Part shown: piece after piece, positions 1 to 12,384 of the stretch
Layout of the letters: every line of letters begins with the position of its first letter
How positions within the stretch are numbered: the first letter of the stretch is position 1
From: Arcobacteraceae bacterium
GTDB lineage: Bacteria > Campylobacterota > Campylobacteria > Campylobacterales > Arcobacteraceae
Assembly (NCBI GenBank): GCA_963662945.1
Contig: OY759974.1
Coordinates: 1,280,001-1,344,000 of the forward strand
Direction of reading: 5' to 3'
DNA: 64,000 bases
The notes under the pieces: generated by a model
The model's input: the letters and a program-made list of their open reading frames with translations, nothing else
Database searches by the model: none
What the model was told of the DNA's origin: nothing
Translations under genes and position numbers: made by a program

Positions 1-274
1 CTGGTCTTTTTAAAAGCATATTTTCTTTACATAACCATTCAAGTTTTCCATTATCATCTAGATTTAATTCTTTTAAACCTAAATCCTTATATTTAGTTCC
101 TTTATTATTAAAAAGTATATTTATATCAACTTTAGATGCAAAATATTTTACTTTTTCACAATCAAGTGGTGTAACTCTAAAATCTATAAAAGTATGTTCT
201 AAATTATTATCTTTACAAAACTTAATAGCTTTTCTAACTGTACTGCAAGTTTTGATACCATAAATATTTATCAT
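1..274 (-). CDS. ArsC/Spx family protein (partial, runs off window)
   Basis: Not in ORF track; hand translation MINIYGIKTCSTVRKA...ENMLLKRP is ArsC/YffB-like. Confidence 0.8.
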   Translation of the reverse strand, partial: MINIYGIKTCSTVRKAIKFCKDNNLEHTFIDFRVTPLDCEKVKYFASKVDINILFNNKGTKYKDLGLKELNLDDNGKLEWLCKENMLLKRP

Positions 275-277
275 AAT

Positions 278-568
278 TTACTCTATAATAGCTGGCACTA
301 CAAAATAATTATCTTCACTCTTTGGAGCATTTTTCATAATAGCTTCTGCTTCACCCTCAACTTTTATAGCAACATCCTCTCTCATAGGTTGTCCACCTGA
401 AATTGTAGTAAAAGTAGCATCCACATGACTTACATCAATCTCATTTAAATTTTCAACAAAAGCTACAATATCACCTAGTTCTTTCGCTATCTTTTCTTTT
501 TTATCTTCATCAATTGTAAGTGATGAAAGTTTCGCTAGTTTATCAATTGTTGTATTATCTATCGTCAT
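278..568 (-). CDS. gatC: Asp/Glu-tRNA amidotransferase subunit C
   Basis: 96 aa; LAKLSSL, MREDVA, NAP..EDNYFVVP. Confidence 0.93.
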   Translation of the reverse strand: MTIDNTTIDKLAKLSSLTIDEDKKEKIAKELGDIVAFVENLNEIDVSHVDATFTTISGGQPMREDVAIKVEGEAEAIMKNAPKSEDNYFVVPAIIE

Positions 569-639
569 TATTTCTCCTATATTTTTAAGTTTTTTAAAAG
601 ATTAGATAACTTTTTAAAATATCTAACCTTACTACTAAC

Positions 640-2591
<1,952 letters not shown>

Positions 2592-2711
2592 TTTATCTCT
2601 CTTTGAAATATTAATTTTTTATTTGTTTAAACTTTAGTGTTCTTCTTAAAGTCTTATTATATCATTTATTAGATATAATCACAAAAATTAATATAAATGG
2701 GATTTAATTAT

Positions 2712-4019
2712 ATGAAAAATATTTTATTATTAACACTTTCTTTTGTGGTGACTATTTCTCTTTTTGCACAAGAAACAAAAGAGATTGAAAAAGAACCAAC
2801 GCGACTAGAATCATATACAAAACTTCAAAAAGTACTTGCAGCTGTTGAGATGCTTTATGTTGAAGATATGAATTTAAGTAAAATTGTAGATAAGTCTATA
2901 TCAGGACTACTTCATGAACTAGACGCACACTCTTCTATGCTTAACAAAGAATCATATAAAGATATGCAAGTTGAAACAAAAGGGGAATTTGGTGGACTAG
3001 GTATTGTTATAGGGCAAAGAGATGGTGCACTTACAATTATTTCTCCAATTGATGATACTCCTGCATATAAAGCTGGTGTTGAATCTGGTGATATTATTTT
3101 AAAAATCGATGACAAATCAACAATCAATATGACACTTGAAGATGCTGTTGATTTAATGAGAGGGAAAGTAGGAACACCAATAAGTATCACAATTGTACGA
3201 AAAACTGAAAATAAACCTATTAAAATAGACATCATAAGAGATACTATAAAAATACAATCTGTTTATGCAAAAACTATCAATGATGATATTCTTTATTTAA
3301 GAATATCATCATTTATGGATATGAAAGTTGCTAGCGAACTTAAAAAATATATTCTTGAACATAAAGCAAAAACAAAAGGTATTATTTTAGACCTTAGAAA
3401 CAATCCAGGTGGTCAATTAGGACAAGCAATTGACACTGTAGATTTATTTGTGGACAAAGGTATTATTGTTTCTCAAAGGGGTCGTGATAAAAAAGATGAT
3501 GAAGAGTTCAATGCAAGTTCTTCTACAACTGTTACAGATGTACCAATGGTAGTACTTGTAAATGGAGGAAGTGCTAGTGCTAGTGAAATTGTAAGTGGTG
3601 GTTTACAAGATTTAAAAAGAGCTGTTTTAGTAGGAGAAACAACATTTGGGAAAGGAAGTGTTCAAAGAATTATTCCAATTACAGATGATGGTAGTGAAGC
3701 AATCAAACTTACAATTGCAAAATATTATTTACCAAGTGGAAGAACAATTCAAGCTAAAGGCATTATTCCAGATATAACAGTTGCTCCAGGAGAAGTTATC
3801 GCAAAAGAAGACACAGCTTTTAAGATAAAAGAAGCTGATATGAGAAATCACCTAGAAGAGGAACTTACAAAAGTAGAAACAAAGAAAAAGAAAACAAAAG
3901 AAGATGAAAAAAAAGAGCAAGATGCTAAAAAAATCATAACACAAGAACAAGTTATGAAAGATAATCAACTAAAATCAGCTCTTGATATTTTAAAATCACT
4001 TATTATAATGAAAAACTAA
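2712..4019 (+). CDS. ctpA: Carboxyl-terminal processing protease (S41); start probably 2712
   Basis: Signal peptide, PDZ GLGI, DLRNNPGG, SASASE, GKGSVQ. Confidence 0.93.
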   Translation: MKNILLLTLSFVVTISLFAQETKEIEKEPTRLESYTKLQKVLAAVEMLYVEDMNLSKIVDKSISGLLHELDAHSSMLNKESYKDMQVETKGEFGGLGIVIGQRDGALTIISPIDDTPAYKAGVESGDIILKIDDKSTINMTLEDAVDLMRGKVGTPISITIVRKTENKPIKIDIIRDTIKIQSVYAKTINDDILYLRISSFMDMKVASELKKYILEHKAKTKGIILDLRNNPGGQLGQAIDTVDLFVDKGIIVSQRGRDKKDDEEFNASSSTTVTDVPMVVLVNGGSASASEIVSGGLQDLKRAVLVGETTFGKGSVQRIIPITDDGSEAIKLTIAKYYLPSGRTIQAKGIIPDITVAPGEVIAKEDTAFKIKEADMRNHLEEELTKVETKKKKTKEDEKKEQDAKKIITQEQVMKDNQLKSALDILKSLIIMKN

Positions 4020-4032
4020 AAAGGAATAGTAG

Positions 4033-4986
4033 ATGACAATAAACGATATCAAAGCTCTTGGGCTTTGGCCAGATTCAAAAAAGACTACAACTCAAAAAGG
4101 AATTACAGAGCTTGAAGAGCTAGGATACAATTTATTTTATATTGGTAAAAATGCAGATCTTTACACTTGTCCAGGGAATGACCCAAAAGTACTTCTTGTA
4201 AGAAGTGATCGTTGTTCAGTATTTGATATTCCATTAAATCTTGAAATTAACGGAAAAGGTGTTTCTCAAACTGCAATATCAAATGATGGTGCAGCATTTG
4301 CAAGAGAAGCGGGTATAAGAACAGCTATTTTAGATGAAAGTATTGATGCCTCTTTAAGTGTTGCACCAAGATGTCAACTAATGGAGTTGTGTAAACCATT
4401 AGAGGCTGAGATAGATGGTGATGTGGTACAATTTGAATTAATCTTCAGAAATTATTTAACTGGTTCTTTATTTGATGCTTGTCAAAATGGGAATGATCCT
4501 TATGGACTAAATTTACCTTCTGGTTTAGAACAATGGCATAAATTTGATACTCCTATTTTTACACCAACAACAAAAGGGATTAAAGATGAACCTTTAAAAT
4601 CTGCTCAAGTTAGAGAATTATTCCCTGAAATTGTTACAAACTTAGAAAAATTATTTAAAGAATTTACTGTTTTTGCTGAACAAAGAGGAATTATTGTAGT
4701 AGATACAAAGTTTGAAATTTTTGTAAATTCAAAAGGTGAATGGGTTTTAGGTGATGAAGTTTTAACACCTGAAAGCTCAAGATTTATATCAAAAGAAGAC
4801 TTTGATGCAAAAAATTATATCTCAATGGATAAACAAATTTTAAGAGATTTTGGTAAAGCTAATAACTGGAAAGAACAATCAAAAGATTTAAAAGCTGGAG
4901 AAAAACTTGATGTTATAGTGCCAGATTCAGTTAAAAATGTTATTTTAGATGGATATGAAACTATTCATAATAGATTACATAAATAG
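4033..4986 (+). CDS. purC: SAICAR synthetase, long type
   Basis: FTPTTKG, DTKFE, DEVLTPESSRF, DKQ; upstream of purS/purQ. Confidence 0.88.
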   Translation: MTINDIKALGLWPDSKKTTTQKGITELEELGYNLFYIGKNADLYTCPGNDPKVLLVRSDRCSVFDIPLNLEINGKGVSQTAISNDGAAFAREAGIRTAILDESIDASLSVAPRCQLMELCKPLEAEIDGDVVQFELIFRNYLTGSLFDACQNGNDPYGLNLPSGLEQWHKFDTPIFTPTTKGIKDEPLKSAQVRELFPEIVTNLEKLFKEFTVFAEQRGIIVVDTKFEIFVNSKGEWVLGDEVLTPESSRFISKEDFDAKNYISMDKQILRDFGKANNWKEQSKDLKAGEKLDVIVPDSVKNVILDGYETIHNRLHK

Positions 4987-5064
4987 GTCAAAATAAAGTT
5001 GTCTAAATTGTTGTAAGACAGTTTTAGATATAATCGCAATAATATATAGAATAGAAGGTAATAA

Positions 5065-5310
5065 ATGAAAGCAATAATTAACATAGGACTTAAAAAAGGT
5101 GTTCTTGACTCAGCGGGAAAAGCTACTCATCATAGACTTGATACTGTTGGATTCTCTGATATTGTAAAAGATATTAGAGTTGGAAAACAAATTATTATGG
5201 AATTAAATTGTGCCGATGAAGCAACTGCAAGAACTGAAGTAACTAAAATGTGTGAACAGCTTTTAGCAAACACAGTAATTGAAGATTACGAAATCATCAT
5301 AGAAGCGTAA
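5065..5310 (+). CDS. purS: FGAM synthase subunit PurS
   Basis: KKGVLD, LLANTVIEDY. Confidence 0.93.
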   Translation: MKAIINIGLKKGVLDSAGKATHHRLDTVGFSDIVKDIRVGKQIIMELNCADEATARTEVTKMCEQLLANTVIEDYEIIIEA

Positions 5311-5315
5311 TAAAG

Positions 5316-5987
5316 ATGTTAGTAGCAGTATTACAATTTCCAGGAACTAACTGTGAGTATGATACAAAATATGCATTTGAAAAGCTAGGAGCAGAAGTAA
5401 CTGTTGTTTGGCATGAAGAAACTTCTCTTCCTCAAAATGTAGATTTAGTTGTAGTACCTGGCGGATTTTCTTATGGAGATTATTTAAGAAGTGGTGCTTT
5501 AGCAAAATTTGCTCCAATTATGGATGCAGTTAAAGCATATGCTGCAAATGGTGGAAAAGTATTAGGTATCTGTAATGGTTTTCAAATTCTTACTGAGACT
5601 GGATTACTTCCAGGTGCTTTAAAAAGAAATGACAATTTACATTTTATATCAAAACATCATCATTTAAAAGTTGTAAATAATGAAAATACATTTTTACAAG
5701 AACTTCAAATTGGAGATGTAGTAAACATCCCTGTTGCACACCACGATGGTAATTACTACATAGATGATGAAGGATTACAAGAATTAAAAGCAAATGGGCA
5801 AATTTTATTACAATATTGTGATAAAAATGGAACAAATAAAGTTCTGAATGGAAGTGTAAACCAAATCGCAGGTGTATGTAACAAAGAAAAAAATGTATTT
5901 GGACTTATGCCACATCCAGAACGAGCTATGGAGACACTTTTAGGTTGTGATGATGGTGTTAAAATGCTTCAAGGCTTTTTTAAATAA
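5316..5987 (+). CDS. purQ: FGAM synthase glutaminase subunit
   Basis: FPGTNC, GGFSYGDYLR, GICNGFQ, MPHPER. Confidence 0.97.
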   Translation: MLVAVLQFPGTNCEYDTKYAFEKLGAEVTVVWHEETSLPQNVDLVVVPGGFSYGDYLRSGALAKFAPIMDAVKAYAANGGKVLGICNGFQILTETGLLPGALKRNDNLHFISKHHHLKVVNNENTFLQELQIGDVVNIPVAHHDGNYYIDDEGLQELKANGQILLQYCDKNGTNKVLNGSVNQIAGVCNKEKNVFGLMPHPERAMETLLGCDDGVKMLQGFFK

Positions 5988-6007
5988 TAATGTGTAAGTA
6001 GAAACTA

Positions 6008-7087
6008 GTGAATACAACAATCAAACTAATTCTACTTATAACCCTATGTTTTAGTTATCTTTTATCTAATGATGATACAAAATCAAAAGAGATTTATCTC
6101 TCATATGATAAATATCCAAATAGAGTCTTTACAGGTCAAAAATTCGATATTCAATTTAGTTCAATAATCTTAAAAGATCCAACTTCGTATGATAAAATTG
6201 TAACAACTTTTACTACTGAAGAGGGAATTGATATTTTAACAACTGATATCAACTGGACAGAGATTAAACCAAATAGATATACAACAACAGTCTCTTATAA
6301 AGTATATGACAAAGAGTTTATTTTACCACGAATCACACTTGCCTTAATTAAAAATGGTCAAATTATTGATTATGCATCTATCGAATCACCAAAAATTGAA
6401 TATGAAAAAATTGCAATTAATCAAAAACTATTTTCAAATATTATTGCAAAAGATTTACAAGTTCACACTGTAAAAACTAAACAATATACGAATAATGTTT
6501 TACATACTACATTACATATAGAAGGTGTTAATAGTAATCTTGAAGATATACATTTAAGTAATTATGGAGATCAAGGAATTAACAGTTTAACTGAAAATTA
6601 TCCAAATCAAAGTTTATATTACTTTATTATGATTCCTAGTCATACAAAACAGATAAATTTTACATATTATAATACACTACAAAAAGAATTTATAACCATT
6701 CAAATTCCAATTATTTTAGATGAAGAATTAGTAAGTACCCAAACAGAACTTAATCCTTATAACAGTAGTATTCTTATTTATAAACAAGTTTTAAGTGGAG
6801 TATTTCTTGCTCTTTTTATACTACTATATTTTATTACTAAACATAATAGATATTTAATTCTTATGACTATTATGATAATAATTCTTGCTTATTTATTTAT
6901 ACCAAATAAAAAAATATTATTAAATGAAAATACAAAAGTATATATACTTCCAACAAGTAATTCTACAGTATATAAAATTTTAGATAGAAAACATATTGTT
7001 GAGATAATTAATGAAAAAGATAAATTTGTCAAAGTGCTTTTTGACAATGAAAATATTGGATGGATAAAGGAGAGTGACCTTGAGTAA
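6008..7087 (+). CDS. Exported/membrane protein with C-terminal SH3-like domain
   Basis: Signal peptide, two TM helices near the C-terminus, IGWIK end; conserved position between purQ and plsC. Confidence 0.65.
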   Translation: MNTTIKLILLITLCFSYLLSNDDTKSKEIYLSYDKYPNRVFTGQKFDIQFSSIILKDPTSYDKIVTTFTTEEGIDILTTDINWTEIKPNRYTTTVSYKVYDKEFILPRITLALIKNGQIIDYASIESPKIEYEKIAINQKLFSNIIAKDLQVHTVKTKQYTNNVLHTTLHIEGVNSNLEDIHLSNYGDQGINSLTENYPNQSLYYFIMIPSHTKQINFTYYNTLQKEFITIQIPIILDEELVSTQTELNPYNSSILIYKQVLSGVFLALFILLYFITKHNRYLILMTIMIIILAYLFIPNKKILLNENTKVYILPTSNSTVYKILDRKHIVEIINEKDKFVKVLFDNENIGWIKESDLE

Positions 7088-7763
7088 GATAAGAGCTTTA
7101 TTTACTGTAATACAATTTTCAATAACCGTATCAGTTGTTATCATTTTAATGTATCTATTTAATAAAATCAATTATAAGTTTAGAAGACTTTGGGCAAAAA
7201 TGCAAATGAAACTTATGGGTGTTGATGTTATTGTCAAAGGGGAACTTAACCAAAATGCTCAAATGCTCCTTATGAATCATCAATCTATTTTAGATATTGT
7301 TGTAATGGAGTCATTACACCCAAAAAATCTTGCATGGGTAGCTAAAAACGAAATAGCAAAAATTCCTTGGTTTGGACGAATTTTAAAGGCTCCTCATATG
7401 ATAATTGTTGAGAGAGAAAGTAAAACAAGTTTAGTAAAACTGTTAAGAGATGCAAAAGATCGATTAGAGAAAAAAAGACCAATTGCCATATTTCCAGAAG
7501 GAACAAGAACCGATGGAAAAAGTTTACGAAAATTTAAAGCTGGTGCAAAAATGATTGCTGATAAAAATACTCTTTTAGTACAACCTGTAGTTATTGTAGG
7601 AACACGAGCTATTTTTGATTCCCAAAACTTTTCGCAAAAAAGTGGTAAGGTAAAGGTGATTTTTCTCCCTCCTATACAAGCAGATAAAAAATCAACTTGG
7701 TATGAAGATACTGAAAATTTAATGGCTCAAACACTAAAAAAAGAGTTACACCATGACATTTAA
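7074..7763 (+). CDS. plsC: 1-acyl-sn-glycerol-3-phosphate acyltransferase
   Basis: NHQSILD, FPEGTR. Confidence 0.92.
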   Translation: MTLSKIRALFTVIQFSITVSVVIILMYLFNKINYKFRRLWAKMQMKLMGVDVIVKGELNQNAQMLLMNHQSILDIVVMESLHPKNLAWVAKNEIAKIPWFGRILKAPHMIIVERESKTSLVKLLRDAKDRLEKKRPIAIFPEGTRTDGKSLRKFKAGAKMIADKNTLLVQPVVIVGTRAIFDSQNFSQKSGKVKVIFLPPIQADKKSTWYEDTENLMAQTLKKELHHDI

Positions 7764-8139
7764 TCTAAGTACAGTTATTGCTGTAGGAATTGGTGGTTTT
7801 ATAGGTGCAGTTGGACGTTTTTATGTTGGAATTCAAGTTGTAAAATATTTTCCACATGAAGTACCTTTAGCTACTCTTACAGTCAATGTTGTTGGTAGTT
7901 TTGTGATTGGTTTACTCATAGCATTGTTTTTAGTATTTACACCCTCAGATATTGTAAAAGGTTTTTTAGTTACTGGAATATTAGGTGCCCTTACTACCTA
8001 TTCTACATTTGCTATTGAAAGTTATATTTTACTTAATAATCATATATGGTATGGTATTTTGAATATTATTTTAAATGTAGTTGGTACAATTGCAGCTGCA
8101 GGACTTGGATACAAACTTGTATCTTATTTTATTAGATAA
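7753..8139 (+). CDS. crcB: Fluoride channel Fluc/CrcB
   Basis: GGFIGAVGR, TLTVNVVGSF, GILGALTTYSTF. Confidence 0.93.
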   Translation: MTFNLSTVIAVGIGGFIGAVGRFYVGIQVVKYFPHEVPLATLTVNVVGSFVIGLLIALFLVFTPSDIVKGFLVTGILGALTTYSTFAIESYILLNNHIWYGILNIILNVVGTIAAAGLGYKLVSYFIR

Positions 8140-8151
8140 GGATTTTATATA

Positions 8152-9009
8152 ATGCAATTATACATATATGCAAAAAGTGGTCATAGTTTTGGATTAGAGA
8201 ATATAAGACGTGCAAGTGCTTTGCATAATATGTTAGAAAATTGTGATCCTATATTATGTAGTGCAGATTATAGAGCTGCGACATTTGCAAAAGCGGAACT
8301 TGGTGTAAAAAAAGGTGTTGGTGTTGATGTAATAGGAAATATGCCAAATGTTATGGAAAGAGGAGATATGCTCATTTATGATGATAGCAATGAAGCAAGT
8401 TCTACAATGCAATCACATATGAAAGAGTTTTGTACTCATTTATATAAAGTTGGAGTAGATATACCTTTTGATATAGTTGATGAGACATTTTTTGAACATA
8501 CTAAAGTTACAAATGAAAAAGCAATATTTTTTGCAGATGATGATTATGCAGAATGGTTTTTTAAACTTATTCAAACAGGAGAGAAACAAAATCTTCCACT
8601 TATTTGGGGGCATTATTTTTTCTTTAAAAATGAATCTAAGATTGCTTCTTATTTTAGTGAAGTAATTGAAGAAGATGGATATATAAATACAGTTAAATCT
8701 ACAAACTATCTTCTAAGTGCAAGTGTTCATACTTGTCTAGAATCACTTGCAAGTGGTAACCACCCTGTATTTTTCCAAAGAGGTGATAAACCAGTAGAAC
8801 ATAGAGATTTACTTGAAAAATATAATATACCTTGTATTTTAGAAATAAAAACAATGGAAGAATTAATGAACAATTTTGAACAAATAATTCAAAATTATCC
8901 ACAAACTAATCCTATTGAAAAATTTGATATTTCAAAAATCAAAAAAGAGATAGAAGATACTATCAAAAAGTTTGAGATGATTCAACCATCTTTAGAATAT
9001 AAATTCTAA
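8152..9009 (+). CDS. Hypothetical protein, possibly degenerate PseG/GT-B-like fold
   Basis: Intact ORF with RBS; N-terminal SGHSFGLENIRR loosely resembles the PseG start. Confidence 0.45.
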   Translation: MQLYIYAKSGHSFGLENIRRASALHNMLENCDPILCSADYRAATFAKAELGVKKGVGVDVIGNMPNVMERGDMLIYDDSNEASSTMQSHMKEFCTHLYKVGVDIPFDIVDETFFEHTKVTNEKAIFFADDDYAEWFFKLIQTGEKQNLPLIWGHYFFFKNESKIASYFSEVIEEDGYINTVKSTNYLLSASVHTCLESLASGNHPVFFQRGDKPVEHRDLLEKYNIPCILEIKTMEELMNNFEQIIQNYPQTNPIEKFDISKIKKEIEDTIKKFEMIQPSLEYKF

Positions 9010-9030
9010 AGAAAATTATCACAAAGAGAA

Positions 9031-9366
9031 CTAGTAAAGTTCTCCATCTTTTATAGAAAAGTTTTCAAGAAATTTATCCAAAGTATATTTATCTCTGTAT
9101 TCTTGAGTCATAAGATGAATAAGGATATCTCCTAAATCAACGATAGTCCAATCTCCGTCTTCTTCAGTTCTTACAAACTCTTCACCAGCTGGTTTAAGTT
9201 CCTCTTTTAAATTTTCTAAAAGTGCTAATGAATGTTTTGTGTTTAATGCAGTTGCTATAACTACTTGATTTGTGATATATCCTTTATCAGTCAAATCAAA
9301 TACTTCAATATCTTCAGCTTTTCTTGCATCAAGTAAATTAACTATTCGCTTTATTCTTTCTTCCAT
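9031..9366 (-). CDS. rsfS: Ribosome silencing factor
   Basis: KAEDIEVFD, WTIVDLGDILIHLM...RDKYTL. Confidence 0.93.
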   Translation of the reverse strand: MEERIKRIVNLLDARKAEDIEVFDLTDKGYITNQVVIATALNTKHSLALLENLKEELKPAGEEFVRTEEDGDWTIVDLGDILIHLMTQEYRDKYTLDKFLENFSIKDGELY

Positions 9367-9896
9367 ATATTTTTTACCTTTTGTTGTATTTTTTTGGGGA
9401 TATATTTCAAATCAAAATTATCTCGTAAGAGGCTTGAACTTATATCTATATCCATATTTATTGTATTAAATCGTATTATATCATTTTTAACTTCATATCC
9501 CTCTCTTTGAATAACAATGAACTTCACACTTGTCTTTAGTTCCTCAAAATTATTCCATAAATGAATAGATTTTAAATTATCTGCACCAATAACTAAATAG
9601 ATATTTTTGGGAGAATATTTTTGTTGTAAATATCTCACTGTTTCTATGGTAGGAACTGCCCTATTTTGTGTTATTTCAAAATCACTTACTTCAACTTTTT
9701 TAAATTCTTGAAATAAATCTATTAATAACTCCAATCTCTCTCTTGGTTCAAGATGATACTTATCCTTAAAAGGGCTTAAATACGTTGGCACAACATATAA
9801 TTTATCTATATCTTTTACTTGAAGTAAACTTTTAACAATCTCTTCATGTGCAATATGAGGAGGATCAAAACTTCCACCAAAAAGAGCAATATTCAT
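9351..9896 (-). CDS. nadD: Nicotinate-nucleotide adenylyltransferase
   Basis: GGSFDPPHIAH, IGADN, ISSS; next to rsfS. Confidence 0.94.
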   Translation of the reverse strand: MNIALFGGSFDPPHIAHEEIVKSLLQVKDIDKLYVVPTYLSPFKDKYHLEPRERLELLIDLFQEFKKVEVSDFEITQNRAVPTIETVRYLQQKYSPKNIYLVIGADNLKSIHLWNNFEELKTSVKFIVIQREGYEVKNDIIRFNTINMDIDISSSLLRDNFDLKYIPKKIQQKVKNIWKKE

Positions 9897-9897
9897 C

Positions 9898-10632
9898 TTA
9901 CACAATATCCATAATAAGTGTTTTTATATTCTTTTTTTCTTGTATTTCTACAAGTTTTAATCCTTCTATTTCTAACTTCATTAACTCTTCAAAATTTTTA
10001 ATATTGTGCTTTGCTAATTCTTTTACAATCTGTCCTCTATAATGTTTTGCCCAATGACTTACAACTTTTCCATCTTTTAAAAATTTAAAAGTTACTGTTT
10101 GGGCCTTTGGCTTATAGAACTTATCGTAAAAACCTGCTCTTAAATCAATAACCTCATCTCCTAAATATGTATCTAAAATATCTTTAATAGCAATTTTATA
10201 CTTATTAATCACATCAATATTAGGTAAGTTTTCTCCCTGCTTAAATTTATAATCAGGAATCAAATCATCAGCTTTTAAAGGACCAAAAAGATTAGAAAAT
10301 AAAATGACATTTTCATCACAGTATTGTTGCTCTATTGGTATTAAATTGTCATAATCTAGTGCATCAAATGCTACACCTGTATATCTCTGAATTGCTTTCA
10401 TTGTTGGTTTTTCCATAATTGGTTGAGAGTATTTTTCACACTCTTTAAAACTTTTTAATCCAAACCAAGATGAAAGTTCTTCTAGTGAACTTGTTTTTAG
10501 AAATTCTTCATATTGAAAAACAATCTCATTTCGGACTGGTTCAAACTCTTTGAAGAAAAAGTTATGTTTACAATATGAAGGAAGGCTTCCACTTTCTCTT
10601 TTTGTTTCTGCAGGTGCTAGTAATATTTTCAT
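9898..10632 (-). CDS. yaaA: YaaA family peroxide stress protein
   Basis: MKILLAPAETK, AIQRYTGVAFDAL, SNLFG, SHWAKHYRG. Confidence 0.82.
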   Translation of the reverse strand: MKILLAPAETKRESGSLPSYCKHNFFFKEFEPVRNEIVFQYEEFLKTSSLEELSSWFGLKSFKECEKYSQPIMEKPTMKAIQRYTGVAFDALDYDNLIPIEQQYCDENVILFSNLFGPLKADDLIPDYKFKQGENLPNIDVINKYKIAIKDILDTYLGDEVIDLRAGFYDKFYKPKAQTVTFKFLKDGKVVSHWAKHYRGQIVKELAKHNIKNFEELMKLEIEGLKLVEIQEKKNIKTLIMDIV

Positions 10633-10712
10633 ATGAAATTTTATCATAATAATAATTTCAATCTATTTATGACATTAAGTAAAACTCTGATATATTTATC
10701 TTAGGAGTTTTT

Positions 10713-11663
10713 ATGATACAAAAAATATTTAAAGAAGTACTGGTTATTGGATTATTATCTACTTCAACTTTATTTGGGGAAACACACTCTTTTACAGTAG
10801 AAAATGATGCGTTAGCAAGTCATGATGATGGTTATTATACCAATGGATTATTTTATACATATATGGATGAAATACAACATCCTTCATATATAAAATTGAT
10901 GGAAGATTTAGAAACTAATACTGCTATATCTTTTACACATCTTATGTTTACACCGGACAATAAACAAAAAACAACTGCACAATTAAATGATATTCCTTAT
11001 GCTGGATATGCTAAGTTAAATTTTTTACTTTACAAATCTTCAAAAAATTATTTCCACGAATTTGGTGTTAATATAGGTTTAGTTGGACCTTCAACTTTAG
11101 CAGAAGAATTTCAATCTAATTTTCATAGTCTCATAGGTCAAGATAAAGCTAAAGGTTGGGATACACAGTTAAAAGATCAATTTACTTCTGGTATTTCGTA
11201 TCAATTTGCATATAAAACAGATAGTTTTGATGTAGGTAATTTTAAAGTAGATTGGACAAATAATATCCGAATAGAAGCAGGAAATTACTATAGTGGAGTT
11301 TTAGCTTCAAGTACTCTTAGAATAGGGAGTATGGCTTATGATGATTTTGCAACAACAGGTAACTTTACTGTTACAGATGAAAATCATCTTCTCAATAAAA
11401 AATATCCAAAAAACTTCAATTGGTCTATATCATTTGGTTTATTTGCAAATGAAATTTTCAACTATTACATTATTGATGAAGCAAGAGACCTAGGATACAC
11501 TTTAGAAAAGTTAGATTATATTTCTGGTGAACAAGTAAGTTACAATATTTTTTATGATGAAATACAATATTCATTTACAATAAAATCTGTGTATCTTAAT
11601 GACCACTTATTTACAAGTGCAAATAAACAATGGGGTGGATTAACAATTAGCTGGAAATTTTAA
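10713..11663 (+). CDS. LpxR-family lipid A deacylase-like outer membrane beta-barrel
   Basis: ENDAL..DGYYTNG, FTP, PYAGY, GLVGP, GWDTQL, C-terminal Phe. Confidence 0.78.
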   Translation: MIQKIFKEVLVIGLLSTSTLFGETHSFTVENDALASHDDGYYTNGLFYTYMDEIQHPSYIKLMEDLETNTAISFTHLMFTPDNKQKTTAQLNDIPYAGYAKLNFLLYKSSKNYFHEFGVNIGLVGPSTLAEEFQSNFHSLIGQDKAKGWDTQLKDQFTSGISYQFAYKTDSFDVGNFKVDWTNNIRIEAGNYYSGVLASSTLRIGSMAYDDFATTGNFTVTDENHLLNKKYPKNFNWSISFGLFANEIFNYYIIDEARDLGYTLEKLDYISGEQVSYNIFYDEIQYSFTIKSVYLNDHLFTSANKQWGGLTISWKF

Positions 11664-12290
11664 AAGTTCTATTAAATCAGAAAGTTTTTCTATCTTATAA
11701 GTAGCTTTTGAAAAATCATGTGTTTTTGTAAACTCATTGTGTACAATAACACATTCAATCCCTGCACTATGTGCTGAAGTCAATCCTCTTTGAGAGTCTT
11801 CTACAACTATAGCTTCCTCTTTTATACCACCAAAAAGTTCTAATCCCTTTAAATATGGTTCTGGATGTGGTTTTGCATTTGTATAATCCTCTTCACATAA
11901 TACAAAATCCATAAAATTAGTTATTCCTCTGTTTTTATGTATAATCTCAAAATCAACTCTTCTTGAAGTGGTTACTATTCCCATTTGAAAATTTTGAGAT
12001 AACTGATGTAATATATCTTGAATATCTTGTATGGCTATATCTTCTGTTTGTAAATATTTTTGATAATAGCTATTTCTTTTATCTCTAGCTATTGCAATCT
12101 TTTCTTCACTAAAACCTTTTTTTATAGCAGGTTCCCACGCTGTTTTTCCATGAGCCATAATATCCATATATTCATCGAACTGTAAATTAATATCAAAAAA
12201 CTCTTTTAAAGTTTTTTTACTCGCTTCAAAATACCATTTTTCTGTTTCTACTAATACACCATCATTATCAAAAAGGATATATTTTTTCAT
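11640..12290 (-). CDS. HAD-family phosphatase
   Basis: FDNDGVLVETE, KPHPEPY, VEDSQRG. Confidence 0.9.
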   Translation of the reverse strand: MKKYILFDNDGVLVETEKWYFEASKKTLKEFFDINLQFDEYMDIMAHGKTAWEPAIKKGFSEEKIAIARDKRNSYYQKYLQTEDIAIQDIQDILHQLSQNFQMGIVTTSRRVDFEIIHKNRGITNFMDFVLCEEDYTNAKPHPEPYLKGLELFGGIKEEAIVVEDSQRGLTSAHSAGIECVIVHNEFTKTHDFSKATYKIEKLSDLIELLKFPANC

Positions 12291-12384
12291 CAAATACCTT
12301 AATTTTTTATTTTGAAATTGTACCAAATAAGATTTTAGTACAACTTATGATAAAATCAATAAATCAACAAATCAAGGATTAACT

